DNA of 64,000 bases from Octopus sinensis (lineage: Eukaryota), in NCBI RefSeq assembly GCF_006345805.1, contig NC_043002.1, positions 86,552,001 through 86,616,000 of the forward strand, written 5' to 3'. Under the pieces are notes generated by a model. It was not told the origin of the DNA and searched no databases. It saw only the letters and a list, made by a program, of their open reading frames with translations. The position numbers and the translations under genes were made by a program. Shown piece after piece: positions 1 through 12,102 of the stretch (position 1 is the stretch's first letter; each line of letters starts with the position of its first letter).

Positions 1-200
1 CAAAACTGCATCGTCCTCCAGAGAACACGAGTTTTTATTCTGAGGAATGTTAAATTACAATTAATGTATATATGGTGTATTTCCTAATTTAAATTTAAAA
101 TGAAGGTGAGAAATTAGATATTAATTTAATTAACATCAATTTAACACCAGTGGTCTAGCATATTAAAATCTGAAGGTTCAGTAAATTGTATTATATATAT

Positions 201-387
201 ATGAGAGGGTTGACCACTATGTGGACAACCCTTATGCTAGAAGTAGATCCGCTATGGTCTTACCACTAAGAAGTAGATCCACTATGGTCTTACCTCTAAG
301 AAATTCTTGAGAACATTTTTAGTGGTAAGACCATAGCGGATCTACTTCTAGCATAAGTGTTTTCCACATAGTGGTCATCCCTCTCAT
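201..387. repeat. Fold-back element: 69-bp inverted arms (201-269 / 319-387) with an internal 30-bp tandem duplication
   Basis: Arms match at 66/69 nt; 241-270 and 271-300 match at 28/30. Confidence 0.85.
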
Positions 388-764
388 GTGGTATATTTCC
401 TAATATAGGAAATAGTTAAAAAAGTATACTTCCAAAGTTACTCGTCAAACGACAGGAAACACTGTGGTGTACAGACGCTCACACATACAATATACATGCT
501 TTTTACATGTGTATATATATATATATATGGCATGGGTGCACTTAAGCAGCACCTGCACGGGTGTGTTTTTATGTGGCACCGTCATCTGTAAAGGACAGGC
601 CTGTATGTATGGATAACAGTGATTTTACTTGGCTTATTTTGGCATTTGATATGTAGAAGTCAATACTTCTCAGTCTTTTTGCAAATCTCGCATTTCACTC
701 ACATTACTTTTCTCCAACAGCAGTAAATTTTGGCACAAAGCCAGTAATTTGGGGGAGGAGGTAA

Positions 765-930
765 GTTGATTCATCAACCTCAGTGTTCAACTGGTACTTA
801 TTTTATTGATCCCAAAAGAATGAAAGGCAAAGTTGACCGCAGCAGAATTTGAGCTGAGAACATAAAGATAGATGAAATGCCGCTAAGTAATTTGCCTGGT
901 GTGCTATTGATTCTTCCAGCTCACTGCCTT
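765..930 (-). mobile_element. Degenerate tRNA-derived SINE (Meta-domain-like family)
   Basis: Diverged match to the copies at 14295, 29821 and 58448 (actggtactta...atgaaaggcaaagttgacc...gaatttgag...ccagctcactgcctt). Confidence 0.7.
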
Positions 931-975
931 GAGATATGAAATGTTTCCTTTACATGTTTTGGTGTTGCAAAGTCT

Positions 976-1690
976 TATAATAACAATAATAATGAAATTA
1001 TTGTATACAGTGCTCAGGTGCACCACAACTTGTCAGACAGTGCGTATAAAGTGTATGCAGTAATGTACAAATGTCTGGAAAGCGAATAATGTATGAGTCA
1101 GATACATGCTTGTGTGTGTATGGAGGGGAGAAAATCAGGTGTAGTGTTGGCGAATCTCAGGAAGCATGGAAGTTTTGAAGGACGCAGTGCTCTGACAACT
1201 GATGCTGGCAGTTTGTTCCATGCTTCAGCAACTCTCAATGTAAAAAAATGTTTCCTAAAGTCATGGGAGCTGTGCTGTTTTCTGACTTTGTAAATATGTC
1301 CACGGGTGTTAGACAGGTGGAGTTTGAAAAGGTGCTCAGAGTTATTGTTTGTAAGATGGTTGATAATTTTATGGGTGTCTACCAAGTCAGCTGCCAGACG
1401 TCGGAGTTTCAATGTGTCCAGGCCCATAGCTATATAAAGCTGCAGATAGATAGTTGGAGAGCGGCTCACAAAGGACTTGGTGCATGATGCCAAGACACCC
1501 TCAGCCTTCTTGACAATTTTAGCGATGTGTTTTGTCCAACGCAAATCACTGTCGACAATAACACCCAGGTCACGTTCACACGAAGACTTTTTGAGATTAT
1601 AGTGTTGTGGAGGGAGTAGGTGGATGCTGGGTTTCTCCTCCCAAAATGCATGGTGGTACATTTGTCCACAACCAGCTGGAGTATTTTCCC
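976..1690 (-). mobile_element. CR1-type LINE 3' fragment (RT C-terminal region), frameshifted and internally deleted
   Basis: VDKCTTMHFGRRNP / ERDLGVIVDSDL / TRGHIYKVRK / FFTLRVAEAWNKLP across track ORFs 1466..1702 and 1098..1661; (ATT)n-like tail near 976-992. Confidence 0.85.
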
Positions 1691-2700
1691 ATTATGCACC
1701 ATTTTGGATATTTATACCCCCAAAACCCTGAATATCTCAATAACCACTGGTGAAATTTACGTGAAGCTTGTTTTATACCATTTGTATTCACATTTCAGGA
1801 GCACTTTACTTTTAAAGTATTTTCCCATTAAGTGCTGGTTTGGCTGTGTAACATTGCAAGCAAGCAAGATTGAAGTTCATTTTAATGTAGTGCTTTCATG
1901 CTCCTTGGAATACAATCATACTTCCTATAACTTATAGGGGTTTCCAAGTTAATGCTTGAGACACTATTTAATGCAAGCCAGCTTATTATGGCTTATCCTT
2001 CTCCAAGTTATATTCCTACAAGTAGTTAACATATAAGCTTAAAAGAAAGAAAAACACTTGTTAATTATAGAAAGCTCTGCTATCAGCATCAGTGAGCTAT
2101 TAATGGTACCTATTTACAGCTGAGGTAATTAGGCCACTGAAAATTAATTGCCCTTATCAAAAACACAATACAGATCTGGTTAGAGAGATGATATATTAAA
2201 AGGCCTGGTTTCTGTTTCCTATTTACTCCACTAGCTTATCTATCATTACTGATAAAACAATGATAATAAGAATATGGCAGAAAAATAATGAAAATGTATT
2301 AAATTTTAGTTTTTGCAGGGTTATTTTTACATATTTAAGGACCTGGCAAGGCTGTTTGGGCAAGAAGTTTACTTCACAACCACATGGTTTCAGGTTCAAT
2401 CCCACTTTGCAGCATTTTATCATCTAGCCTCAAATCAACTAATGCCTTATGGGTAAACTTAGTAGAGAGAAACTGTGAAAAACCTACTATAAATTTGTGT
2501 GAGTGCTCTCTTTACTGTTTACTTGTTTCAGTCATTTGACTGTGGCCATGCTGGAGCACTGCCTTTAGTTGAGCAAATTGACCCCAAAACTTATTCTTTG
2601 TAAGCCTAGTACTTAATCTATCAGTCTCTTTTGTCGAACAGCTAAGTTACAGGGATGTAAACACACCAGCATCGGTTGTCAAGTGATGCTGGGGGGACAA

Positions 2701-2732
<32 letters not shown>

Positions 2733-2742
2733 TTATATATAC

Positions 2743-2776
<34 letters not shown>

Positions 2777-2777
<1 letters not shown>

Positions 2778-3087
2778 TGTTGAAATAGAAAGATGAATTT
2801 TCTTGTAACAGATTATTCAAAGGTTTAACCGATACCTGGGTAGCAAAAATCACAGCGGAAAACAGCACGGTTGGAGATAAGACCATTTGGTGTTGCAACC
2901 GTGCGTTGGAGCAGATAATTGAAGTTTAATATTATTAGTGAATGGAATTTTTTTCCTGAAGAGAAAGCCGCAATATGGTACCCTTATTTAAACAGAATTT
3001 GGAAATTTGTGGCCTTCGAAACATGTGTAGAATGTAATAAAAGGTATTCTGTACAATCTTCGTTCAACTCCATTTATTCCATTCACT

Positions 3088-3095
<8 letters not shown>
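2777..3095 (+). mobile_element. Penelope-like terminal-repeat fragment inserted in (TA)n
   Basis: CTGAAGA...CGAAAC...AATAAA arrangement typical of Penelope-like element ends; inverted terminal segment; no coding match recognised. Confidence 0.5.
2956..3036 (+). ncRNA. Hammerhead ribozyme-like motif (type I-like), possibly degenerate
   Basis: CUGAAGA 2956-2962; stem II GAAAGCCGCAA 2963-2973 / UUGUGGCCUUC 3007-3017 (10 of 11 pairs); GAAA 3018-3021; stem III ACAU/AUGU; GUA triplet 3034-3036; stem I weak. Confidence 0.55.
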
Positions 3096-3142
<47 letters not shown>

Positions 3143-4029
3143 CGATGGGCTTCTTTCAGTTTCCGTCTACCAAATTCACTCACAAGGCTTTGGTCAACCC
3201 AAGGCTATAGTAGAAGACACTTGCCCACGGTGCCATGTGGCTGGTAAGCAAGCTACTTACCACACAGCCACTCCTGCATGTATATCTGTGTGAATGTCGA
3301 TATTTCATGACTTTGCATGTTACCATTTGAGTGAAACAATGACAGAGCTTACATTTCTTAACAACTAATCATACTGCACTTTAAAAAAATCTATAGAATA
3401 AAAAAATCTTACTCGAAAAATAGGTAAGATAGGTGACAGGAAAATCATCCATCCATAAAATCCTACCTCAAATCAGTTCCCATCCAAACAAAATGTTATT
3501 AGCTGCCATGCTGTGAATCAATTACTTACTCCAAGTTTCTATTTCAGTGGTGTGCCCCCACCCTCCATTTTTCAAAAGACTTAGGTGACCTGAATAATTT
3601 TATTTCAGGTTGTCCGAAGCATTTGGCATGTAGCATTCTAGATTAAAACACATATCAAATAATAAAATTATCATATCAATATCGCCATTTTCTGATAGGC
3701 CATGCTTCAATATTTTAAACCAGCTTATTTCTGAGATGATAGCCAAAGATTCACTTTAGCTTATGAGGAATATGCATATGATTTCTAGCAAAGATCTTCA
3801 CGTGCTATCTCCAATCTCTCACACAACCTGTCAATTCTAATCTTTTTACACTTCAAACTTTATTAATTGATTACAATTATATTTTTTTTCCATAGTTTCT
3901 TCCTCCTTTAGAAGAATCCTTAAAGTACTTTTGTCTATCATTCTTAGTTTGTGTTTTCCTTACAAATACCTAAACTTATATCACCATCCCAGTGTTATAG
4001 ATTTTTTTTTTTTATAAACTCTACATATA

Positions 4030-4648
4030 GGTGCAGGCATGGCTTTAGTAGATGTGTGTGTGTGTGTTTGTTTGTTTGTTTGTCCCCTGGCCATCACTTG
4101 ACAACCAATGCTATAACTTTGCAGCATGGCGAAAGAGACCAGTAGAATAAGTACTAGGCTCACAAAGAATGGGTTTTGGGGTCAATTTCTTCAACTAAAG
4201 CCCTTTAAGGCGGTGCTCCAGCATGGATGCAGTCAAATTGGAGGTGCAATGGCCCAGTGGTAAGGGCAGCAGATTCGCGGTTGTAGGATCGTGGTTTCGA
4301 TTCCCAGACCAGGCGTTGTGAGTGTTTATTGAGCGAAAACACCAAAACCTCCACGAGGCTTCGGCAAGGGATGGTAGCGATCCCAGCTGTACTCTTTCGC
4401 CACAACTCTCTCTCACTCTTTCTTCTGTTGGCCTGCTCGCTTAGCCAGCGGGGTGGCGTCATTTAAAGGCTAAAACAATGCAAAGCGCATTGTGACCAGC
4501 GATGTGTAGCAACAACTGATAGTCTGGTCAGTCACTGTGATCACTGTGATTATTAAACGGTGGTGCATCAGCATGGGCGCAGCTCTGAGCTGAAACTAAA
4601 AATAAAAAAAATAAATAAAATAAAATAACTGAAACGAGTAAAAGAATA
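4030..4648 (+). mobile_element. Deleted OR-like SINE hosting a nested second SINE
   Basis: Host tail gcagtcaaat|...|actgaaacgagtaaaagaata is split at about 4239/4628. Confidence 0.7.
4240..4627 (+). mobile_element. tRNA-derived SINE, second family, nested
   Basis: A-box TGGCCCAGTGG 4250-4260, B-box GGTTTCGATTCC 4293-4304, A-rich (TAAAA)n tail to about 4627. Confidence 0.8.
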
Positions 4649-4782
4649 TGGCCTAGGGCTTTTCTTTCCCTCTCAAAATACTCAGCGATCATTGATTTCA
4701 TCAGGATTTGCTGACATCAGAATTTCCTCTACATGAACCAATCACTAAAAAAAATGGTATTTATTACATCTACAGTTACAGT

Positions 4783-7760
4783 CATTATTATCATTTAACG
4801 TCCACCTTCCATGCTAACATGCATTGGACAGTTTGACAGGAGCTGGCCAGGCAGGAGACCACCAGACTTCTGGGTCTGTTTTGGCATGGTTTTTACAGTT
4901 GAATGCCCTTCCTAACACCAACCACTCAGTAGAGTGGGCTGAGTGCTTTTTACATGGCACGAGTATAGGTGAAGTCAGTTTTGGCAAAGTCTTTATAGCT
5001 GGATGCCCTTCCAAATGCCAACTACTCTACAGTATGGACTGAATGCTTTTTACATAGCACCAGCACTGGCAGGGTTGCCAAGTAACTTGCAAGACAAGGA
5101 ATCTTTGAGAAGGGAGGAGATTTTGGAGGAGGTGATCTTGTGTCAGATGATGAAAGGATAGAGTGTGACAGAGAGACAAAAACAGGTGTCTTGCTGTAGA
5201 GGAGATACAGGATCACCTAGCTAGAGAGACAGAGAGAAACAGTGGGGAGATTTAACAAGAATGAGGAGAGAAACAGGTATCCTGCTGTAAAGGGGATACA
5301 TGGTTACCCAGCCTGGGGAAAGAGCAAGAGAAAGAGTGGAAGACAAAACGAGAGAGCAGGGGAGGGATGGTGGTGAAGTACCAGGGCATACTCACAAGGA
5401 ACGGGGATCAGAGCATTGATGGGGTGGTAAAGGAAGAGAGAGATAGACGGTGGCAAGTGCCAGGGCATACCCTCAAGATATGGAGGTCATAATATGTGAC
5501 ATGGTATTGACAAAGAAGTGTGAATGGGGTATGTCTTGACTGGCGAGAACCTGGGTATATAGAGGAGGTGGGGGATTACGGGATAGCAATGATACAGTGA
5601 GCTGGGCAGTGAAAGATAATTATAGTGCATGAAAGAGGAAATGTGAAGAACATATGCAGTTTGAGAAAAGAGATGTAGTTTGGCTTGTTGGGGTAGGGTG
5701 TGTGAAAAATTTTATTGTTATGGGTAGGTGGAACACAGAGCTTCTAGAACTCCTTTCCTACATATTGAGCAGGGCCATTTACCTGATGGGAAGAGAGTCT
5801 TATCAACTCTCTTGCTAACAACATCTTTGGTCTTTGCTAGGTCAACTTTAATGTCCTTTGTCTCCAAGTTTTGCTTCCATACCTGGAATTTCTTCTCCAT
5901 TTTTGCTACAGATTTTGCATTAAAAAAGTCTCCACAGGCATCCAGTTTTGAATTCCTTTGTTATAGCTTGGAGAACTCTAAGAACTGATACCTAGTGAAC
6001 CCCTACTTATATGCTAAATTCATCACCGTATTCATGGCCAATTCTCACCTTACTGACAGCACCACTGTACATAGCATGTATGGCTCTAACATGCCACTCC
6101 TCTGCTCCTAATTTCCTTAGAGACCACCAGATGACAGAACTGGGGATTCTGTCGAAAGCTTTCTCCAGGATGGCTTACTTTTGGCTATATACTTTTCCTG
6201 CAGTAATCTCATGAGGAAGATGTTATCTGTGGTACTCTTCTCAGGTACAAAACCAAACTGTATCTCATCTAGTTTAATTCTATTTCTAATCAATTGAGCT
6301 ATAACTCTGTAATTTTCATGATCCAGTCCAGCAGTTTGATACCTCTAGTTATTTCTATCTTAGGCATTACCTTTACCCTTGTAGCAACTAACTATAATAC
6401 TACTACACCAGTCATTGGGGATGATGCCTTTCTGAATAACCTGATAAACTGTATGAGTAACTAAGCTGTATCCTACACTGCCAGATATTTTAATCATCTC
6501 AGCAGTGACTCCAGATGGTCCAGGGGTTTTCTGTCTTCAAATCCTTAATTACTTTATCTATTATACTGTTGGTCCCTCAATTGGTTTGATATTTCCCATG
6601 CATTTTCCACATAGTAGCACATCCATCCATCTTTTTCCTCTAAGTCACTATGTACAAGCATACCATTCTCCATTCACATACATTTCTTACCCACCACATC
6701 TCTATTCCAATACACTGCTTTGCAATCCTGATCAACTCATGCTGTAGAACATTGGCAAATATCTTCCCTTCTGGCTACCTCATGTAATTCTCTGCTCCCA
6801 CCATTTTTCCAGTCCTGTCTCTTTGTTTTTATAGCAGTCTACATCATTGTTCCACTACCCTCAGCCTAGCTGGGGCTTTGCACAAGCCAGATTTGATCTA
6901 TAGCCCTCAGTAGATTGTCTCACAGGAACTTCCAATTGTCCGCAAAGCTATATGTCCCTACCCGCTCCTTTCTCTTGTCAGAGGATTCCATGAGAATCTC
7001 TCTAAATGCCTGTTGGTTTGCTGGGTCTTTGAGCTTCCATTATCTTTTCCAGAATGGTTTATTTCTCCAAGTCTTTCTACCTCTAATTCTGAAGTCACTA
7101 ACTAGTAACCTATTTTGGGTTGTACACTTTTCACCTGAGAAGACTGCATTTGCCTATCTTGTTATCTAGAGAGGAGGTAATCGATCTGGCTTATGTACCC
7201 TCTAAACTGATAAGTGATTAGGTGGCTGGCTGGTTTTCTGAAGTTAGTGTTGCAGATCATGAGATCATTTACATCACAGAACTCCAGCAGCCTTGTTCCC
7301 TCCTCATTCCTAAGACCAAAGATATAACCACCATGGAGTCCATGGGAATGCTGTGCAACATGACCATTAAAGTCACCAGCCACAATAACCAAGTCTCTGT
7401 CACTGAGGTAGTATGTAGAAGAACTTCGTATGATTGGTCCTGGTCATCAACCAGCCCAGACTGGAGCAGAGGGAGAGATAAATATAACTTATCTAAGTCT
7501 CAGCTTAATAACTCTATCATATACTGACTACCTCAATACCTACTTTTCTGCTAAGAGTAAGCCTACAGCTCCCACTCCATCACCCCTGCCTACCCAGAAG
7601 AATTTGAACCTGTTTCTTACCAGTGAGAAATCTGGCAGAAACCCACTTCCATTTTACTTCTTGCTCACTACACACGATATGGCAATACTCCAGCATTTCA
7701 ATAATCATGCCAGACCTACCTTTCATCGTGCCAATGTTGATGGTAGTGGCCATAAACTTT
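4783..7760 (-). mobile_element. Old, near full-length but heavily decayed RTE LINE (APE + RT + 3' UTR)
   Basis: Minus-strand peptides TINIGTMKGRSG (about 7740), IVAGDFNGHV...RNEEGTRLLEFCD (7162-7392), DEIQFGFVPEKSTTDNIF (about 6250), EKAFDRIPSSVIWWSLRKLG (about 6150), KWPCSICRKGV (about 5770); YADD lost; family 3' UTR and tail at 4783-5100. Confidence 0.85.
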
Positions 7761-8030
7761 TTTTTTTACTTGGAAGTGACAGTGGGAAGGCAGTCATTGT
7801 AGGACTTTTGTGAGCACCTGGAAAGAAGATCTGTGCAAACACTTGCCAGGTAGCATAAAGCTTTGGTACATAGTTTATTCAATGAATTACAATTTCCTCA
7901 ATCCCATACAACATCCAAATTAAGGGCCAACAAGGAGAGAGAGGGAAGAGGGTATGAAAGTAGGGTAAATAAGTTGACCAGTAAGAAAGGTAGAGTGACT
8001 ACACATCATGGTATTAGTCTTATATGTTTA

Positions 8031-8890
8031 CTAGCAGTATTGCCCGTCTTTGTGTGACTATTAATTGCACTGAGGAAAATCGATTAATCTGCGAGTGCAA
8101 AATCAATACTTTCTTACACAATGTACATATGTGCGCTCATGTGTTCTATGCACGCGCGAATTAAGCTAAACTTGGATGAAGTTCAATCAAAATTCAATTA
8201 CTTTGGTTTTAAAATCAAGCATTTAATGCCCTCTATTTTTGCGCTTATGCGTTCCATTTCCTCAATAGGAAGTACGTAGAAGTGTTTCATAAATTTTTGT
8301 TGATCAAATAATTGCATTGTTGAATTATTCTTTTAGATCAGTATTTCTCAACGGGGATTTCAGGGGAGAGTTTCAGGGAGTCGCTGGCAATGTATCGTGA
8401 TGATCAAAAGTCCGGCCTGCTAAAATTTGGTTAAAGTGATTCAAACTGCAGACTCAATGCAAAATGGTCACATTTAATTCAAAGCGTTAAAAATGTTATG
8501 AAAACAATTGGTATGTGTTCACAAAGTCCAAACAATTAATACAAAAAAAACCCTCCAGGCTACATCCTGAAAATTCATTTCTTTGTCGAATTTCTACAAT
8601 GCTTACGGCGATTCGTTTTTATATCTTCATTTTTTATTTTGCATACGTGGTGAACACAGTTCACGTCAAACAGCTGAGTAAAGTTCACTATTCAATGCAT
8701 GGGATAAGGCCTAAACAAAGACATTATCAATTTTTGCACTTGCGAGATGAATTTCAGAACAGAAATAGCGCAGTTCAATTTTCATTCGCCTAAACTTTAA
8801 GTGACCCATTTTTGATGGTTCTACGATTTGTTGGCTAGGAGGAGATGTGCCGGGAAGTTAAACACACAAGCTGAGTTTTATATATATAGA
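8031..8890 (-). mobile_element. Non-autonomous Helitron-like element
   Basis: Minus strand starts TCTATATATATAAAACTCAG at 8890 after an A and ends ...cgggcaatactgCTAG at 8031 before a T. Confidence 0.7.
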
Positions 8891-9125
8891 TATATACACA
8901 GCACAGTATTAATCTTATGTGTCTATATACACACAGACATATACATCCATACATACACATAGAAAATGTAATTAAGGTTAACAATACAGTGAAATTGCCT
9001 GTATTGAATTTTTCATTAAAAAAGTGGGGAGCCTTATATGAAACTAAATCATCCACAAATCACACTATCACCTTAAAAAAAGTGTACTTATCACTTTTAT
9101 GTTCCATGTTTTGACATAAATTGTA

Positions 9126-9509
9126 TCTCTCTCTATATAAACGGCAGTTTGTCTGTGCGTGTTTCTTTGTGTCTGTTTGCTTGTACCCTCACCCTGACCA
9201 CGGCTTTCAACCGATTCTGATGAAACTTGACACACACATAGCCCAATGTCATAATTCAAAACTAACGCAGCGAAAATTTTGAAAAGTTCCCCCAGTTCTG
9301 AAAAAAATTGATAAATTCGACATGGAGTCGAGAATCAGAAACACAAACCACAGACTGTCTAGGGGACGCGACTCGACCTTTTTAACTCTCAAAAAAAATT
9401 TACCATAATTTCCCCCCCATTTTTTTGCTATTTTTTGGCTATAACTCTCTAAAAATGCTTTATAGTTATTTCCCTTACAAATCCGAGCAACGCCGGGCGA
9501 TACTGCTAG
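9126..9509 (+). mobile_element. Non-autonomous Helitron-like element
   Basis: A|TC...ctatataaa start; subterminal ccgagcaacgccggg hairpin; CTAG|T end at 9506-9510; no TSD. Confidence 0.85.
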
Positions 9510-9519
9510 TGTTTGAATA

Positions 9520-12048
9520 AAAGACATGAATCTGCCGATACATGGTTAACCTGAAGTTGAACAGCAACAAACAGGTTTGAGAGAGAGGAAAAAATACTTA
9601 TAAGAATCTACAAAGAAAACTGTTTTTCAAATACAAAAATATGTGATGAAAAGTAAAGAAATAAAAACGAATAAAACTTCAAATTAGTGAAAGGAATATG
9701 AAACAAAAACAGGACAAGCCAATATTTTCATTTCTTTTTTTTTACTTTAATTGCTTTTATTTCATTAGTGCTTCTTGTTTTTTTTTTTCTTCTTCCAATT
9801 TCTCTTACCATCATTGGGAGGGATAAAGATTGAAAATATGTTTTCTGCTGCATAATAAAGCTGCCTTTTGATAAATATCTCACACATCTTAGTTATTCAT
9901 TTGTGTTTTAATTTCAAGCAGCACTTGTGACTAGAAACATAACCTTGAAAAATACACAGAAAAAAAAATTTAAAAAATCTAAAGGTTGTGGAGGTGGTAG
10001 CAGAGAAATTATTGAGCAATTAGAGTGAAATTAACAAAAAAATCTAAAATTTTGGAAATAATAAAATTAGTCCGGAGCAAGCTTTTCATTCAATTAATTC
10101 CTCCACATGAGTAATTCACATATCTTTTTGTTATAGAATTCAGACCATGGCAAAAATCTGTGTGTCTATACAAACATGTGCGTGTGTTTTCTAATTACAT
10201 TAATTTATAATTAAATTAATACAACTAGAAAAGATTACAAGGTTATGACATATTCGAATGAATTTTACTTCCCTATTCCATAACACCTTTCTTTACAACT
10301 GATTCACTAATATTTTCTTTAACGAAAATGAACCAGCAGAAATGTAGAACAGAACCTCAGAGGAATTTACACAGCCCAACTTATTGAATAAAATAGTGAA
10401 ATGATTGACAAAAGCACTTCTAGCTCTGTAGAGAGTTTAGAAAAATAAATTTTTTTTTAATGATTTTTTTTTATTTACTTAAGTAACATTTATTATTACT
10501 ACCACCATCACACTTCTTGATTTAACCAAAATGGCATTTTTGATTGTGTCATTTTCACCCCATCTCCCCAAAATCATACATCAATGTTTTAAAATGATGT
10601 TAAGTGTACAGAACAGTTTTTCAATAGAATTTACATCCTTCCTACTTTAAAGTGTTCCAAGGAACATTTTTTTTTACATATGTATCTTTTATTAAAATAA
10701 AATGAAAAAAAAAAAAAATTAAAATTATTACAAAAAATTTTTATTTCAGTAAAATATCTAACTTTGTTGAATAATTGTCAGGTAATCACTTTTAGAATGA
10801 AGTCCTGGAAGAGTGACCAAAGATTCCGCAAGAAGATAAATAACAAGAGACAGAGAGAGACTGTATGCAGGGAGAGGTTAGTAATGGTCGATGGATCAAT
10901 TTACTTTAATGACACAAAAAATGTCGAACTAATTTACTGATTTTGTAAAGAAATTTTAAGAAATGATCAACCAAAAAGAAAAAAATCATTAAAAAGTAAA
11001 GAAAATAGAATGAAAACTGTACTTAAGTCACAGAGAATGATGCACACCTCTTTGTACTTTAACAAGTAGGTTATTCACAAAGTTTTGGCTCCTTTTTCAT
11101 TACATGAACTAAATTTTTTTTTTTTTAAATTAAGCCAAAGCAACATTAAAATCTTTTATCTTTGAAGACAATACATTTCTTCTTTAAATGTGACAATAAC
11201 AATAAAGGCTTATGATGCTTATTAGTATGTTGTCATGGAAACAGGTGCTTCCTTAATGAAGAATATGGCCAATTTAGATTTCAGTTGGGCAATGACAAAA
11301 ATGGAAGGATCAAAGATGTGGGGGCAGCAGTGGTGATAAGCTAACAAAAATATTTTCTTCATAAAAAAAAAAAAAAAAAAAAAAGATCCTTTTTAAGACA
11401 AAATTAAAAAAAAAACCCAAACCAGTTTCCCTAACATGAAATAAATTGCACTTAATTTCATAGATGGATTTGGAGAAGAAAAAAAAAATCACAGCTAACA
11501 GCAAAAGCATTCTGGTGTGGTTTAATTTCAATTAGTTTCAAAAGCGAAAGTAAAATGAAAAATAACCCATCTAGTAGCAAAAGCAGTTAATATTTTCTGA
11601 CACAAACTGTAACAACAGACCCTTCCAATAATAACCAAAACACCACTTACACTGCTGCCACCACTACACCTATCAGTATTATCACTATCCTCCAACACTA
11701 GACCCTGCCCCCAAACCTTCTTTGTTGGAAAGAGAAGAAACTTTTATATACAGAGTGAACACCTTGGTTTGTTATATACAATGACCACCAGAGGACATAA
11801 TTATGTTCAGGTTCAACAGCAGGGTTAAAAAATATTAGGAGAAACGTTGGTGTTTATTGCTGTTACCTTTGCTGCAGGAATCTGGAACACAGGTTGCTTA
11901 GAAATTATTCATGAAGAGAGAATTTTGGAAACTACATGATAATGAATTCACCATGAAGTAGAAAAGACAGAGGGGGAAAAGGGGCTTTTTGTTCAGAATA
12001 TAAATTTTTCATATATATGTCCATATTTTCAAAAGATCTTTCATTTGA
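9520..12048 (-). other. Probable SNX6 3' UTR region with candidate polyadenylation signals
   Basis: Directly downstream of the stop; minus-strand AATAAA at 11853-11858, 10740-10745 and 10688-10693; long A/T tracts; no recognisable repeat copy. True transcript end unknown. Confidence 0.5.
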
Positions 12049-12102
12049 TTAAGATTCTTCTTTCATAGCAACAATACAATTCTTCAATAACTGGAGCTGA
12101 GC
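12049..12102 (-). CDS. SNX6: SNX6 exon 14 coding part ([17 protein letters not shown])
   Basis: ttttttccccag acceptor; 17 codons plus TAA at 12049-12051. Confidence 0.92.
   Translation of the reverse strand, partial: AQLQLLKNCIVAMKEES

Larger units (their letters stand above)
2508..3278 (-). mobile_element. tRNA-derived CORE-like SINE (octopus OR-like), interrupted in its (TA)n tract
   Basis: Both halves match the intact copies at 21463, 38817 and 51040; foreign insert at about 2777-3093. Confidence 0.85.

Noticed and set aside
40-105. CTGAGGA followed by an AT-rich stem, a possible second hammerhead
   Set aside because: The stem is followed by GAAG rather than GAAA, there is no convincing stem III/NUH, and the pairing is expected by chance in AT-rich DNA.
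8339-8352. CAGTATTTCTCAAC, a hAT-like TIR start inside the Helitron-like element
   Set aside because: No matching second TIR or TSD found.
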